Under the pieces are notes generated by a model. It worked only from the letters and a program-made list of their open reading frames with translations, did not search any database and had not been told where the DNA came from. Positions 32,201 to 41,644 of a DNA stretch of 64,000 bases are shown piece after piece. Within the stretch, counting starts at the first letter, position 1; every line of letters starts with the position of its first letter. Source of the DNA: an uncultured Methanosarcinaceae archaeon. GTDB taxonomy: Archaea > Halobacteriota > Methanosarcinia > Methanosarcinales > Methanosarcinaceae. The DNA is taken from positions 1 to 64,000 of the forward strand of contig CAVRJG010000051.1 of NCBI GenBank assembly GCA_963721455.1, read 5' to 3'. The position numbers were made by a program, and so were the translations under genes.

Positions 32201-33301
32201 GTAAACGAAAGTCCTCAGGTTTGTCGCTCCGAGCACGAGATTGGATGTCGAATCAAGGCCTGAGGAATTTCCAAGTTCGGTTTCGTATTCCCTGACAAGC
32301 TCTTCCAGAAGCGGTTCCCTTGATGTGATCAGCGTGGAAAGGTTCATGCTGCTGTTGAATCTTTCTCCGGATTCAAGGTTCACAAGGGTATAGTTAAGGA
32401 CAGGAATTTCAAAAACGTAATAAATAGTGTAATTTCTGTCAGCACTGGTGGTTTCCCGCTGCAGAGTTCCCCTTACCTGTCTTACTTTTATCTGTTCGGG
32501 TTTTATGTCAGGTTCTACATTGACTGCATATTCCATGAAGGTGTGGCTATTTCCCTGGTAATTTGCAGAGAGCAGCCTGTTAAAAGAGTCCACTGTGATA
32601 TCTTTTACAGGGCTTACTTCAACCAGGAACCAGTCGGAGGCTTTGAGTTCGTCCCCGTAATAGAGTTCGATTGATGCGTATCCTGATTCTGTGGAATCCG
32701 GAATTTTAGCATATTCCTCGAAGGAAACTTTTTGAAAAAAACCGGTTGCCTGGCCGTAGTTCAGGTTTTTGATTTCACGGCCTGTGGAATCTTTGACAAT
32801 CAGCTTAATATCCCGGTTCTTCCAGAGAGCTTCGATTCTGCCCCAGATATCGGAAGGCAGGTTTATGGAAATTTGAAGCATGTCACCTTTTTCAAGGTTC
32901 TGGTTTTCTGGGATTGCCAAAAAGCCGTCCTCAGAAAACCTGTTAACAGGATTGCCTTCAGGCAGGATCACAGGATGTTCTCCCTGCCATTCAAGGGCTT
33001 CCATTCCTGCATAGTTCAGGCAGCGAGCAAGATCGGATGCGGCAAGATTGATAGCAGTCTGCCTGGGATCACTGTTCTCTGTCGTGTAAATGGTTTCGGC
33101 TACTTCACTGTCTATTTTCAGAAGGTAAACTGAGGTAAAGGTTGCAGCAAGGATTATGAAAATCCCGATTACGGCATAGGGAATATACGCACACGTATCC
33201 TCAATGAACGATGAAAATTCCCCGGATAATTTTCCAGCCGTAGACCCTGCCCCCGGAAAAAAACATCTAAACTGTATATAAAAAATAAATAAGTTTTTCA
33301 C
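29255..33301 (-). CDS. Very large secreted/surface protein with a pilin-like N-terminal hydrophobic segment (DUF7286-like); true C-terminus probably extends to ~29087 through frameshifts
   Basis: Open frame of about 1350 aa (in-frame GTG at 33301); EDTCA-YIPYAVIGIFIILAATF segment; C-terminal VPCGLPVLPPHWIFTVNVW. The frame-broken continuation reads DGSSIWIGKNTP..IVGPGPKGVGDKTGG..TEKSAGY. Confidence 0.75.
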   Translation of the reverse strand: MKNLFIFYIQFRCFFPGAGSTAGKLSGEFSSFIEDTCAYIPYAVIGIFIILAATFTSVYLLKIDSEVAETIYTTENSDPRQTAINLAASDLARCLNYAGMEALEWQGEHPVILPEGNPVNRFSEDGFLAIPENQNLEKGDMLQISINLPSDIWGRIEALWKNRDIKLIVKDSTGREIKNLNYGQATGFFQKVSFEEYAKIPDSTESGYASIELYYGDELKASDWFLVEVSPVKDITVDSFNRLLSANYQGNSHTFMEYAVNVEPDIKPEQIKVRQVRGTLQRETTSADRNYTIYYVFEIPVLNYTLVNLESGERFNSSMNLSTLITSREPLLEELVREYETELGNSSGLDSTSNLVLGATNLRTFVYGPWQHYANGPLNILTNPALSSSINGATLYTQKKVFDSVDPLALTYTTYYNGKVLYEDVFTSGNGKTGSGLSTSLNTSGSLYENNKSAYEENRGVNLTTTYDSLAQNRSFSLDVEESIGQSLKETNTSFEELSEYSEITVSASDYTDGVLDGWVFNDHLWTEKKPDLIHAVTDSVYTAPVQGQIIRDGFDSPDPLASAVTADFDSSSVSCSGQTVSWDSKYFASGRHKGSLVPPYSWSDFNRNSYSESLSPSIDPPKGSVVSWSVTGASVSLISADISDVNIEPHYSYASNDRLTVENRNEGYLNREDHIFDWGIRYDISYKIRTAWKIDYSYDYTYRWKTRERLPDGNYTTATHYDTSSGSDSETAGKTNLESFSHTETEAEKLTVIYHRCPPAGGYTGLSTYADPIEREYRETTVYSDGVDSGIDESKRFDPCCSDAGDKYRDSYVDLRAIESNFWAYPDGKYLARHGVNCDIPPWLHRIMAEEVLEMLDSVEKDNPAFNYSLVESPGRDPTDLQVEAAEKLILALEKSRDTYVNKGQYLTPSGKMYTSSDSARYIAKNEAYNRLLEDIDRKNSKLDSDLNSYILDALEEKGLDTGMLDSVTSGPMTLFNNPAIERAASAPGEDMGIISTMTVTGQPESKYNWTENLTLIIDQKPNYLYHDPDFDLRKEYEWTDSMTGKTIYPLGVRNTCVFTTGISEEIADAISSSGESVKTETSQQISQGVSTLNAEVLLLEQNLSEQNVSLDTTRLNTEVSNLKHTYAQEMRFQIIEKVASEVSSNPVVSGWIKENRVRALTTSYLNSLSDDRVIQKSTTNELASELSAVVKSEIRNSNPPVGPDELEATLNRVDTDIRIGVANGICSVTVNKGEALDASFGKVDSELKNLANETVDTYSGEMGNKVSKRLDRTMAAVPCGLPVLPPHWIFTVNVWTYEIVGKYQVFTVIDNDNEVIPEPYFGHKGQRYVRQEEHINHPSRKNDRWK

Positions 33302-33792
33302 CCATAAATATTTTACTTCTAATTGGAAAAACGTAATAAGATAAAAAATAAGCCAAAAATAAAAAATAGTGAAATCTTTCTGCTCAGGTTTAACGATTTC
33401 CTTAATTACTTCCATTAATAATAGGTGCCTTGAACTCAAGACAAATTTTTATACAAATTTTTATACAAATCTCTCAAATAAACCTCTTAATACAAATTTC
33501 TCATCTTACATTTTCTAGTACAGTCTTCTTTTTGTCAGTTTCGTCTCTGATTTTTAAATTTAAAGGCTAACATTGAAAGTCCGAAAGACGACTCTATAAA
33601 TTCTTCAGTTATTTTTCTTTGAACCCTGAGAATATTGAAAACTCCAGATAGAAGCGCGACAGATATAAATTACTCATCTAATGTTCCTTAATAAAGATCC
33701 TTAATATAGGGGCGGCTTCAGAAAAATTTAAGGTTATATGCACCGGAAAAATCTCTCCGGATCATATCAAATCAAAAAGTTTAATATTTCTT

Positions 33793-33936
33793 CATTTGTA
33801 TTCGGTTAAGGATTCTGTTAACATTAAAATGACTACTGCAATGATCTACGCATCTCGATTTACATTTATAGGTTTACAGAAACGGCAACAAGAATAACAC
33901 ATTTATTATAGATTGTATCTTAACCGAATACAAATG
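33793..33936. mobile_element. 144-bp MITE (IS4/ISH8-type ends) with 18-bp perfect TIRs and a 10-bp target-site duplication
   Basis: CATTTGTATTCGGTTAAG (33793-33810) / CTTAACCGAATACAAATG (33919-33936), flanked by AATATTTCTT at 33783-33792 and 33937-33946. Confidence 0.9.
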
Positions 33937-34203
33937 AATATTTCTTATAGCAATTCCCGTTTGCAATCTTAGCCCATTCAGGTAAGGAGATATTGATAAT
34001 ATATCGCAAGAGATGAATATATCATCCTTTTCGATCAACCTTACAACCTTTTACACATAAAACTAATTTAATAATTCATTGAGATTTGCTTTCATCCGAG
34101 TTAAAAACGCAAGAATAATGAATGTCTGGCAGTTAAAAAATCTTAAAAAACGTTCTTTCAAACATCCGGCTAAACGAGCCTTAAAAGGAAGCCGGAATCT
34201 TAC

Positions 34204-36672
34204 ATGGGGGAGCGAGATTTCCGCAAAAAAGAAAAAAGCAGGGTGGCTGAATTGAAAAAGATAATTGTAACATTAATGCTTCTATTCTCCGTATTCTCGG
34301 CTTCAGTTTTAGCTTATGGAGAGCCGACACAGAATTCAAACGACAATACAACCGTCACTTTAATTGCAGACTTTACCATGAATCCGGCTTCTGGAACTGG
34401 GGAAGCACCACTCAGTGTACAGTTTACTGATACATCAACAGGTACACCTACAACCTGGCAATGGGACTTCAACAACGATGGTACAGTAGACAGTTCTGTA
34501 CAAAACCCCTCGTATATCTACACTACAGCCGGTACATATACAGTCAGGCTCACTGTAACGAACGCTGGAGGTAGCGATGATGAGGTGAAAAACGGATACA
34601 TCGTTATAAGTGCTCCCCTCCCTGCAACACCTGTTGCAGCGTTCACCGCAACACCGACTTCCGGCAATTCACCGCTTACTGTCACTTTCACAGATCAGTC
34701 AACAGGTACACCTACAATCTGGCAATGGGACTTCAATTCTGACGGAAAAGTGGATTCAAATAAACAAAACCCTGTTTACAAATTTAAAAACCCCGGAACT
34801 TACTCTGTCAATCTCACCGTATTCAACGGTGTCGTGTGGGATTACGAACGAATAGATGACTGTATCACTGTAGAAAATTCTCTACAGGCAGGTTTTACTG
34901 CTTCTCCTAGAGAAGGGAAAGCCCCGTTGACCGTTCAGTTCACTGATACTTCTACAGGAGCTGCAACTGGATGGTTCTGGGAATTTGGAGACGACCTTAC
35001 CTCAACTTCCCGGAATCCCAGTCACGTATATTCCGAAGCCGGCACCTATACAGTGAAGCTGACAGTGACGGATAGTTCTGGGTCGAATACCCGGGAAGTT
35101 CCTTCTTCAGTCAATGTGCTTTCCAGCACTGATCCGGTGGTCGATCCCCCTGTTAACCCTCCTGTCAATCCTCCTGTTAATCCTCCGGTAGTCGATCCTC
35201 CGGCTGTTGATCCCCCTGTTAATCCTCCTGTTGATCCTCCTGTTAATCCTCCGACTGTTGATCCTCCTGTTAATCCTCCAGCAGTCGATTCTCCTGTTAA
35301 TCCTCCGGTAGTCGACCCTCCGGCTGTTGATCCCCCTGTTAATCCTCCAGCAGTCGATACGCCGATTGTTGATCCTCCGGTAGTCGATTCTCTGTTAGTC
35401 GATTTTAAATCCGACATAACTTCTGGCAAAGCCCCTCTTATTGTCCAGTTTGAGGGCAATTCTGGTGTAGATACAGTAGCCTGGGAATGGGACTTCAATT
35501 CTGACGGACAAGTAGACTCAAAAGAAAAGAATCCTGTTTATGAGTTCAAGGACCCGGGAGCCTATAGCATTACCCTGAGAGCAGGCAATGGAACTTCTTG
35601 GGAAGATGTTACAAAAACGAATTATATTATAGTCGGAGATGGCCTTCAGGCAGGTTTTACTGCTCTCCCGACAGAAGGGAAAGCCCCGCTGACAGTTCAG
35701 TTCACTGATTATTCTACAGGTTACGTTACTTCGTGGCTGTGGGACTTTGGAGACGGCAATACATCTACCTCCCAGAACCCAATCCACACGTATTCCGAAA
35801 TCGGCAACTACTCCGTAATTCTTAACGCCAGTAACATGTACGAGTACAATGTTCTCGCCTGGACGGATTATATCACAGTCACTGAAGAAGGCGAGAGTAA
35901 TGGAGATGGCACTGGAAGCTCGGATAAAGATGGTTGGGGTTACACTGAAACAGGCGCAATTACTGGTGGAGGAGGTTCCCCTGAGCCAGCAAGTAATATT
36001 GATACCACGGTACTGACCCAGAGATTCATTACAGCTGGGAGCCGCATCAGGTACAATTTCACACAAAATGCTACCTGCATTGACTTTGTTGAATTTGATG
36101 CAAAGAGAACTATCGGAAAAACTACAACGATCATTGAACAGCTCAACGGAAGGTCAGTCCTGACTCCGGCCGAACCCGGAGGAACAGTTTACAGGTACAT
36201 GAATATCTGGGTGGGAAATAAAGGCTTTGCAACTCCGGAAAATATAGAAAATGCCGTTATAGGTTTCAGAGTCAGCAAGGCTGAAATCCCGGTGAATGAA
36301 ACCGATAATTCAACAGTTGTTCTTCACAGGTATGCAGACGGAGAGTGGACCCCCCTCCCTATCCAGAAAACGGGGGACGATGACCTCTATGTCTATTTCC
36401 AGGCCATGACTCCTGGCTTTTCACCGTTTGCAATCACTTCCGGCAGGGTAGAAGAAATTGTGCCTACAGAAGTGGATGAAGGAGTTCAGGAAGGTATCGG
36501 GCTTTCCGCTGAGGGCAAGCAGCCTGGGGAGCCTGAGAGGCCTGAGACAATTTTTGAATCCGGACTGATATCTGAAGAAGACTGGCCAGGATTTTCGAGT
36601 GCTATAGGGCCCTTTATCGGATTCATGCTAATACTTTTTATAGGCCTCGTCGTAAGAGAAAAAAGAAAATAA
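34204..36672 (+). CDS. Cell-surface PKD-repeat protein with a Pro-rich stalk, PGF-pre-PGF domain and C-terminal anchor (start possibly TTG 34252)
   Basis: Signal peptide; five PKD repeats (APLTVQFTD..W.WDF); GGGGSPEPASN...TPGFSPFAI; WPGF followed by TM and REKRK. Confidence 0.92.
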   Translation: MGERDFRKKEKSRVAELKKIIVTLMLLFSVFSASVLAYGEPTQNSNDNTTVTLIADFTMNPASGTGEAPLSVQFTDTSTGTPTTWQWDFNNDGTVDSSVQNPSYIYTTAGTYTVRLTVTNAGGSDDEVKNGYIVISAPLPATPVAAFTATPTSGNSPLTVTFTDQSTGTPTIWQWDFNSDGKVDSNKQNPVYKFKNPGTYSVNLTVFNGVVWDYERIDDCITVENSLQAGFTASPREGKAPLTVQFTDTSTGAATGWFWEFGDDLTSTSRNPSHVYSEAGTYTVKLTVTDSSGSNTREVPSSVNVLSSTDPVVDPPVNPPVNPPVNPPVVDPPAVDPPVNPPVDPPVNPPTVDPPVNPPAVDSPVNPPVVDPPAVDPPVNPPAVDTPIVDPPVVDSLLVDFKSDITSGKAPLIVQFEGNSGVDTVAWEWDFNSDGQVDSKEKNPVYEFKDPGAYSITLRAGNGTSWEDVTKTNYIIVGDGLQAGFTALPTEGKAPLTVQFTDYSTGYVTSWLWDFGDGNTSTSQNPIHTYSEIGNYSVILNASNMYEYNVLAWTDYITVTEEGESNGDGTGSSDKDGWGYTETGAITGGGGSPEPASNIDTTVLTQRFITAGSRIRYNFTQNATCIDFVEFDAKRTIGKTTTIIEQLNGRSVLTPAEPGGTVYRYMNIWVGNKGFATPENIENAVIGFRVSKAEIPVNETDNSTVVLHRYADGEWTPLPIQKTGDDDLYVYFQAMTPGFSPFAITSGRVEEIVPTEVDEGVQEGIGLSAEGKQPGEPERPETIFESGLISEEDWPGFSSAIGPFIGFMLILFIGLVVREKRK
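35131..35390. repeat. Degenerate 12/15-bp repeats encoding (D/N)PPV / PPAVD low-complexity stalk
   Basis: Repeated gatcctcc/aatcctcc...gtt units. Confidence 0.9.
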
Positions 36673-36801
36673 TACAAGCAGGAAGGTTTGAATATAGGAA
36701 TGTTTGAAAAATAAAAGCTATCAGGTGACAAATCTGTCCAATTATTTATTTTTTATAATTACTTTATATGAAATGACAAACGATTCTTAACGGGGATAGG
36801 T

Positions 36802-37092
36802 ATGAGTTTCATGCTTAAAATAGAAACCGATTTCTCGCCTCAGGAAGTGAGTGAGGCTATTCGCTCGGCTCTGGAACACGAAAAGCACGTTGCAAAGTAT
36901 AAAGTCAGGCGTTATTCTATAATCTGTAAGGATTTCGAAGCGAAATTTGGGATCAGTTCTTTTGAACTCCAGGCAAAGTTCGAAACTGGAAGTATAGGAA
37001 AAGAAAGTAATTTTTTCGAATGGTGTGCAGCAAAAAGAGGGATGGACCACTGGAGCAAAAGACTTGAGATTCTTTCGGGCATTTCTCTTTAA
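36802..37092 (+). CDS. Small hypothetical protein, antitoxin-like
   Basis: RBS GGGGATAGGT; FEAKFGISS..F..G....NFFEW pattern recalls archaeal type II antitoxin-like proteins. Confidence 0.6.
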   Translation: MSFMLKIETDFSPQEVSEAIRSALEHEKHVAKYKVRRYSIICKDFEAKFGISSFELQAKFETGSIGKESNFFEWCAAKRGMDHWSKRLEILSGISL

Positions 37093-37434
37093 ATAGTGAT
37101 TATAAGGGTTCAATGATTTTATCCAATGATTTTATCGGCACGGTTATGCCTTCCGAAGATTTGCTTGAGTACTCTTAACGATTCTTCTATGAAAGTTTAC
37201 TTATGCCTTGATCCGGAGCACCTATCTTCGTTTATGCTGTCGAGATACAACTGGCAAATTATTTATGTATGTGTATAAGTATTACAGGCTTAACTATTCT
37301 TTATGATCGAAATAATCGTGCTTAATACCCTACTTGTTATCTGATTTATTGATTAGCGGATATGAAGATAAATTCACTTCTCTGTATCCGGGAATTTTGG
37401 GTATCAGGCTTTCTGTTGTAGAATATAAGCTGAG

Positions 37435-37950
37435 GTGTTTAATCTGGTCAAAAATATTCTAAAAAGTATGGTAGGAGAAGCTCTCATAGGTTCCGGTCCG
37501 GAAATTGCACACATAGACCTGGTTATCGGGCCTAGAGGAGGACCCGTAGAAGCAGCATTTATAAATTCGCTTGCAATGCCCAGACAGGGCCACACACCAC
37601 TTCTTGCAGTTCTTGAGCCAAATGTCCAGCCAAAGCCTGTTACCCTGCTTGTAAACAAGGTAACTATAAAGAACGTGTCGCAAGCTGCCCTTATGTTCGG
37701 GCCGGCTCAGGCTGCGGTTGCAAAGGCGGTCATGGATTCCGTAGCTACTGGCGTGCTCCCTGAAGAACAGGCTGATGACACTTTTATTATCGTTTCTGTC
37801 TTTATTGAATGGGACGCAAAAGACAAGGACAAAGTTTACGAATACAATTATGAAGCAACAAAGCTTGCAATAGCACGAGCCATGGAAAACAGGCCGACTG
37901 TTGAAGAAGCGCTCGCTAAGAAAGACTCGGCAAAACACCCGTTTGCGTGA
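37435..37950 (+). CDS. fae: Formaldehyde-activating enzyme (stand-alone)
   Basis: VGEALIG..EIAHIDLVIG, GHTPLLAV, FGPAQAAVAKAV, SVFI and YNYEATKLAI motifs. Confidence 0.95.
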   Translation: MFNLVKNILKSMVGEALIGSGPEIAHIDLVIGPRGGPVEAAFINSLAMPRQGHTPLLAVLEPNVQPKPVTLLVNKVTIKNVSQAALMFGPAQAAVAKAVMDSVATGVLPEEQADDTFIIVSVFIEWDAKDKDKVYEYNYEATKLAIARAMENRPTVEEALAKKDSAKHPFA

Positions 37951-38375
37951 GCCTGTGGGTTCAGGGCAGTTTAAATTTAAAACGCAATTTATTCCGGGTT
38001 TAAACCTGATAGATTTACTTTAAATTGTGGGCAGGGTCCCGGGGCATCTCACCTTTTCAAAGAGGACTCTGCCTGCAGTTTTTTCTAAAGAATTCTCGGA
38101 GATTCTGGTAAAGAAGAAACGCCTGGGAAATACTTATTATGTATGCTCTTCAGACCCTTCTTTTTTCTTGTTTTTGGGGTGCCTGAGAATAAAAATAATC
38201 CCCGGAAGGTAACACATGCGAGCCTGAAGCAAGTGTAAAACTGAATATAAGAAAGGGGATATAATATAAGGTACAAAATATCCGATAAAAAATTTCTATT
38301 GGTGCAGTAATGTAACCTGTATGGTTATTTACAGGAACATTTCAGGTATAATCTGGCTATCTGGGGGAAAATGGT

Positions 38376-39833
38376 ATGCAAATAGCTCAGTTTTTTGTAA
38401 AAGGTATAGCTCACAGTTCATATATCCTTGCAGGAAAACAGAATTGTGCGGTTATTGATCCGCGCAGGGACACAGATATTTATCTTGAAGAGGCAAAATC
38501 CAGGGGCTTGAAAATTACCCACATTCTGGAGACTCACCTGCACGCTGATTTTATCTCCGGGCATCTGGATCTTGCAGAAGCAACAGGGGCAAAAATCTAC
38601 GCTCCCAGAGCTTCGAACTGTGAGTTCGAGCATACCGGGCTGGCCGAAGGAGATACCTTCGAAATCGAAGACATTGCTATAAGGATACTTGAAACTCCAG
38701 GGCATACGCCCGAGCATATCTGCTATGTTGTTTCAGATACTTCGAGAGGTCCTGATCCGGTTGCGGTATTTTGCGGGGATACCCTTTTTGTCGGGGACGT
38801 GGGCAGGCCAGACCTGTTTCCCAACCGGGCAGAAGAACTTGCTTCAAGGCTTTATGACAGTTTGCACGAAAAATTGCTTTTCCTTCCTGATTCTTGCGAG
38901 GTTTATCCTGCTCATGGCGAAGGTTCCCTTTGCGGAAGAGCCCTCGGGGCCAAACGCTCAAGCACAATAGGCTATGAACGCAAATACAACTATGCCCTGC
39001 AGATTCCTGACAGGGTCGAATTCATAGATAACCTTACAACTGATATGCCGCCTGCACCCGACCACTTCAGCCGCTGTACTGAAATCAACCGGAAAGGGCC
39101 GACAAAACTCAAAAGTCTTCCGCCTGTAAGGGAAATCCCTCCAAAGGAATTTCTCAAGCTTTCAGGAAGGGATGACATTGTTATTCTTGATACACGCTGC
39201 TATGAAGGGTTCGGGGGAGAACATGTTCCGGGTTCCTGGTGTATTGATCTTCGGAGCAATTTCGCAACCTATGCAGGCTGGCTCCTGCCCCCGGATAAAC
39301 AGATCCTGCTCGTATCAGAAAGCGAAAGCCATGCTCTGGGATCTGTTGTCTGGCTGCACAGGGTGGGGCTTGATAATATTATCGGTTTTCTGGACGGGGG
39401 GACTTTTGCGTGGGTGACTGCCGGTCTCAGGGCTGCCCATGTGCCCCAGCTCTCAATCCCGGAGCTTCATGAATGGATTATAAGTGGAAATCCACTTGTA
39501 ATTGTCGATGTAAGGACCTCTTCCGAGTATGAGATTTTCCATATAGAAAATTCCATTCATATCCCGGTCCAGGATCTCAGGGAAAGGTACACCGAACTTG
39601 ATCCTGAGGCTGAGAAGGTTGTTATATGCAGTACAGGACACAGGTCCAGTATGGGCTGCAGTATTCTTAAACAGCATGGTCTTTCCAGGGTGAATAATGC
39701 CGCAGGAGGAATGACGGGTTATAATGCCGCAGGTTTCGGGCCCGAATGCCCGATATGTGCCCTTTCCTGGGCTGGAAAAGCCGGAAAAGAGGGGAGACCA
39801 GAATTCTTCGAAAAGCGGGATCAGAAAAAGTGA
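38376..39833 (+). CDS. MBL-fold metallohydrolase (persulfide dioxygenase-like) fused to two rhodanese domains
   Basis: ETHLHADFISG, TPGHTPEH, GDTLFVGDVGRPDL and YPAHG; rhodanese motifs DTR..GEHVPGS and DVR...ICSTGHRS. Confidence 0.92.
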   Translation: MQIAQFFVKGIAHSSYILAGKQNCAVIDPRRDTDIYLEEAKSRGLKITHILETHLHADFISGHLDLAEATGAKIYAPRASNCEFEHTGLAEGDTFEIEDIAIRILETPGHTPEHICYVVSDTSRGPDPVAVFCGDTLFVGDVGRPDLFPNRAEELASRLYDSLHEKLLFLPDSCEVYPAHGEGSLCGRALGAKRSSTIGYERKYNYALQIPDRVEFIDNLTTDMPPAPDHFSRCTEINRKGPTKLKSLPPVREIPPKEFLKLSGRDDIVILDTRCYEGFGGEHVPGSWCIDLRSNFATYAGWLLPPDKQILLVSESESHALGSVVWLHRVGLDNIIGFLDGGTFAWVTAGLRAAHVPQLSIPELHEWIISGNPLVIVDVRTSSEYEIFHIENSIHIPVQDLRERYTELDPEAEKVVICSTGHRSSMGCSILKQHGLSRVNNAAGGMTGYNAAGFGPECPICALSWAGKAGKEGRPEFFEKRDQKK

Positions 39834-40818
39834 TAATCCGGGCTTGGACATAATCTCTTTATGAGGTTGTAACGGGTGCGGGGAGTCCGGGCTGGCCTCC
39901 TTTTCTGTTCCCTAAAACGCTTAATGCTTCAATTGGTTGAACACGGGATCCTCAAGAAATTTTTCAGGGAAAAAAGCCAAAAAGATTGAATATTTTGCAA
40001 AGTTCTGGCTAATGATGAATTGGGAATGAATATTTGCAGCAGGCTTATCTCTTGCTTTTTCTTTCCCTGGGCATTTTCCTGTATCAATGGATATCTTTTT
40101 TCTCGGAACTGTTTTTTGCTCCCTGTCGTTTATTCCTGAATTCCTCTGGCTCTTTCCTCTGGAGAGTAAAGTTGCCAGGCGGCTTATAATCTCGAGTATT
40201 ACATAATAATAGGACAGCTTTCCCTTGCCCGTTTACAATACTGAAGATTATACTCGCCATTTTATATTACCAGAGTAGATCTCTTAAACTTCCTGAGGTT
40301 AATATACCTGTATTCGAAGCCGATTTATTTTTATGAATATTCCTGAGTTATATATTTCTCGATAAGCAATTCGGAGTATCGCGGTCTGGCAAAGTGCCAT
40401 TACGGATGTTGCAGTAAATTTTTTCCAATCTGACTCTCAGGGTAGAATGCCATGAGTTTTTTCTAAGATGTAACGCTCTGTAAAACTTACTGCAAGTTAA
40501 AAGATTAATTCCGGAAAAAGGCGGATTAAAGGCATAAAAACCTTCCAGAATTTTATAGGTCCGCTCCCATGATTATTTTTTTTCTTGGTTTTCTTTGCTG
40601 AGAACATTCCTGCAGGGATTAATATTTCTGAGTTATGGTTATTTTTGCAGGTTTATCTCTTCCAGGCTTTTTCCAGCATTTAAGGGTATCTAACAGGAGA
40701 TAGAAAACCCGGAGTACTGTGTGAAAAATAAAAGTGCTGATAGATAAATATTTATAATCTGTATAAGTAGTTTATATTAAGGTAAAAACGTAAAAGAACT
40801 TTATAGTGGGGGAAAAGT

Positions 40819-41226
40819 ATGAAAATTAGAGTAGTTAGTTCCAGAGAGGAAATTTTCACTCTCAATCCTAATGAACGTGTCGTTCATCTGGCTTTCAGGC
40901 CTTCGAACAAGGATATCTTTGCACTGGTTGAAACATGCCCGAAAATTGAGGTAATTCAGTTACCTAAATCCTACAGGCGCACGGTCTCAAAATCAATAGA
41001 AATGTTCCTTGAGATGCAGAGAATCCAGCTTATTGAAGGAGATGTCTGGGGTCACAGGAAGGACATTAACGAATATTACAGTATTCCTTCCTCAGTGATT
41101 GAGAAAATAAGGGAACTAAAATCGGAGGGTACACCTGCTGAGAGAATCGAAGAAAAGGTCTCAAGGGAAAGCAAACTCAATCCTGAGATGGTTGCTTATA
41201 TCCTGACCAAGGAAGCTCCTGCCTGA
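40819..41226 (+). CDS. DUF1699 family protein
   Basis: MKIRVVSSREEI...HLAFRPSNKD...LIEGDVWGHRKDINEYY, a typical Methanosarcina paralog family. Confidence 0.88.
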   Translation: MKIRVVSSREEIFTLNPNERVVHLAFRPSNKDIFALVETCPKIEVIQLPKSYRRTVSKSIEMFLEMQRIQLIEGDVWGHRKDINEYYSIPSSVIEKIRELKSEGTPAERIEEKVSRESKLNPEMVAYILTKEAPA

Positions 41227-41644
41227 ATAGGTGTCAGGCCAGAATTTCCACTAAATTCTTGAACGCAGATAAAACCACGCAAATAGTATCAAATCTTTGA
41301 GAATTCATTCATTATCCAATTTCCAGCTAAAACATTAAACTTAAGGAGCCCAAAAGGCCCCCTGACCTTGGACAATAGCATTAGCTTTCCAGGTCAGGGA
41401 GACTCCACATGTTTTTTAATCGTCAACTCTTTTGTTTTGCCAACTCTTTTTTTGTTTCCTGTTTATATGATAAGTAGTTTTTTATTTACTCTTTGTTTCC
41501 TACCTTATTTTCGATACCGGGGAATAATATGGGAAAAGCCTCTGCAGTCTATTTAAACAAAAGGCTGGCGGACAGTAATAACTTATATACTTTTGAAGGC
41601 TGTAATCTTTTTAGTCACATAAAACTCGAGAGGAGACTGATGGG

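Noticed and set aside
33302-33439. N-terminal 46 aa of the 1394-aa ORF
   Set aside because: AT-rich, Phe/Ile-biased open-frame extension; a later start (GTG 33301 or downstream) is more plausible.
35046-35498. 150-aa Gly/Thr-rich minus-strand ORF
   Set aside because: Antisense shadow of the Pro-rich repeats in the PKD gene.
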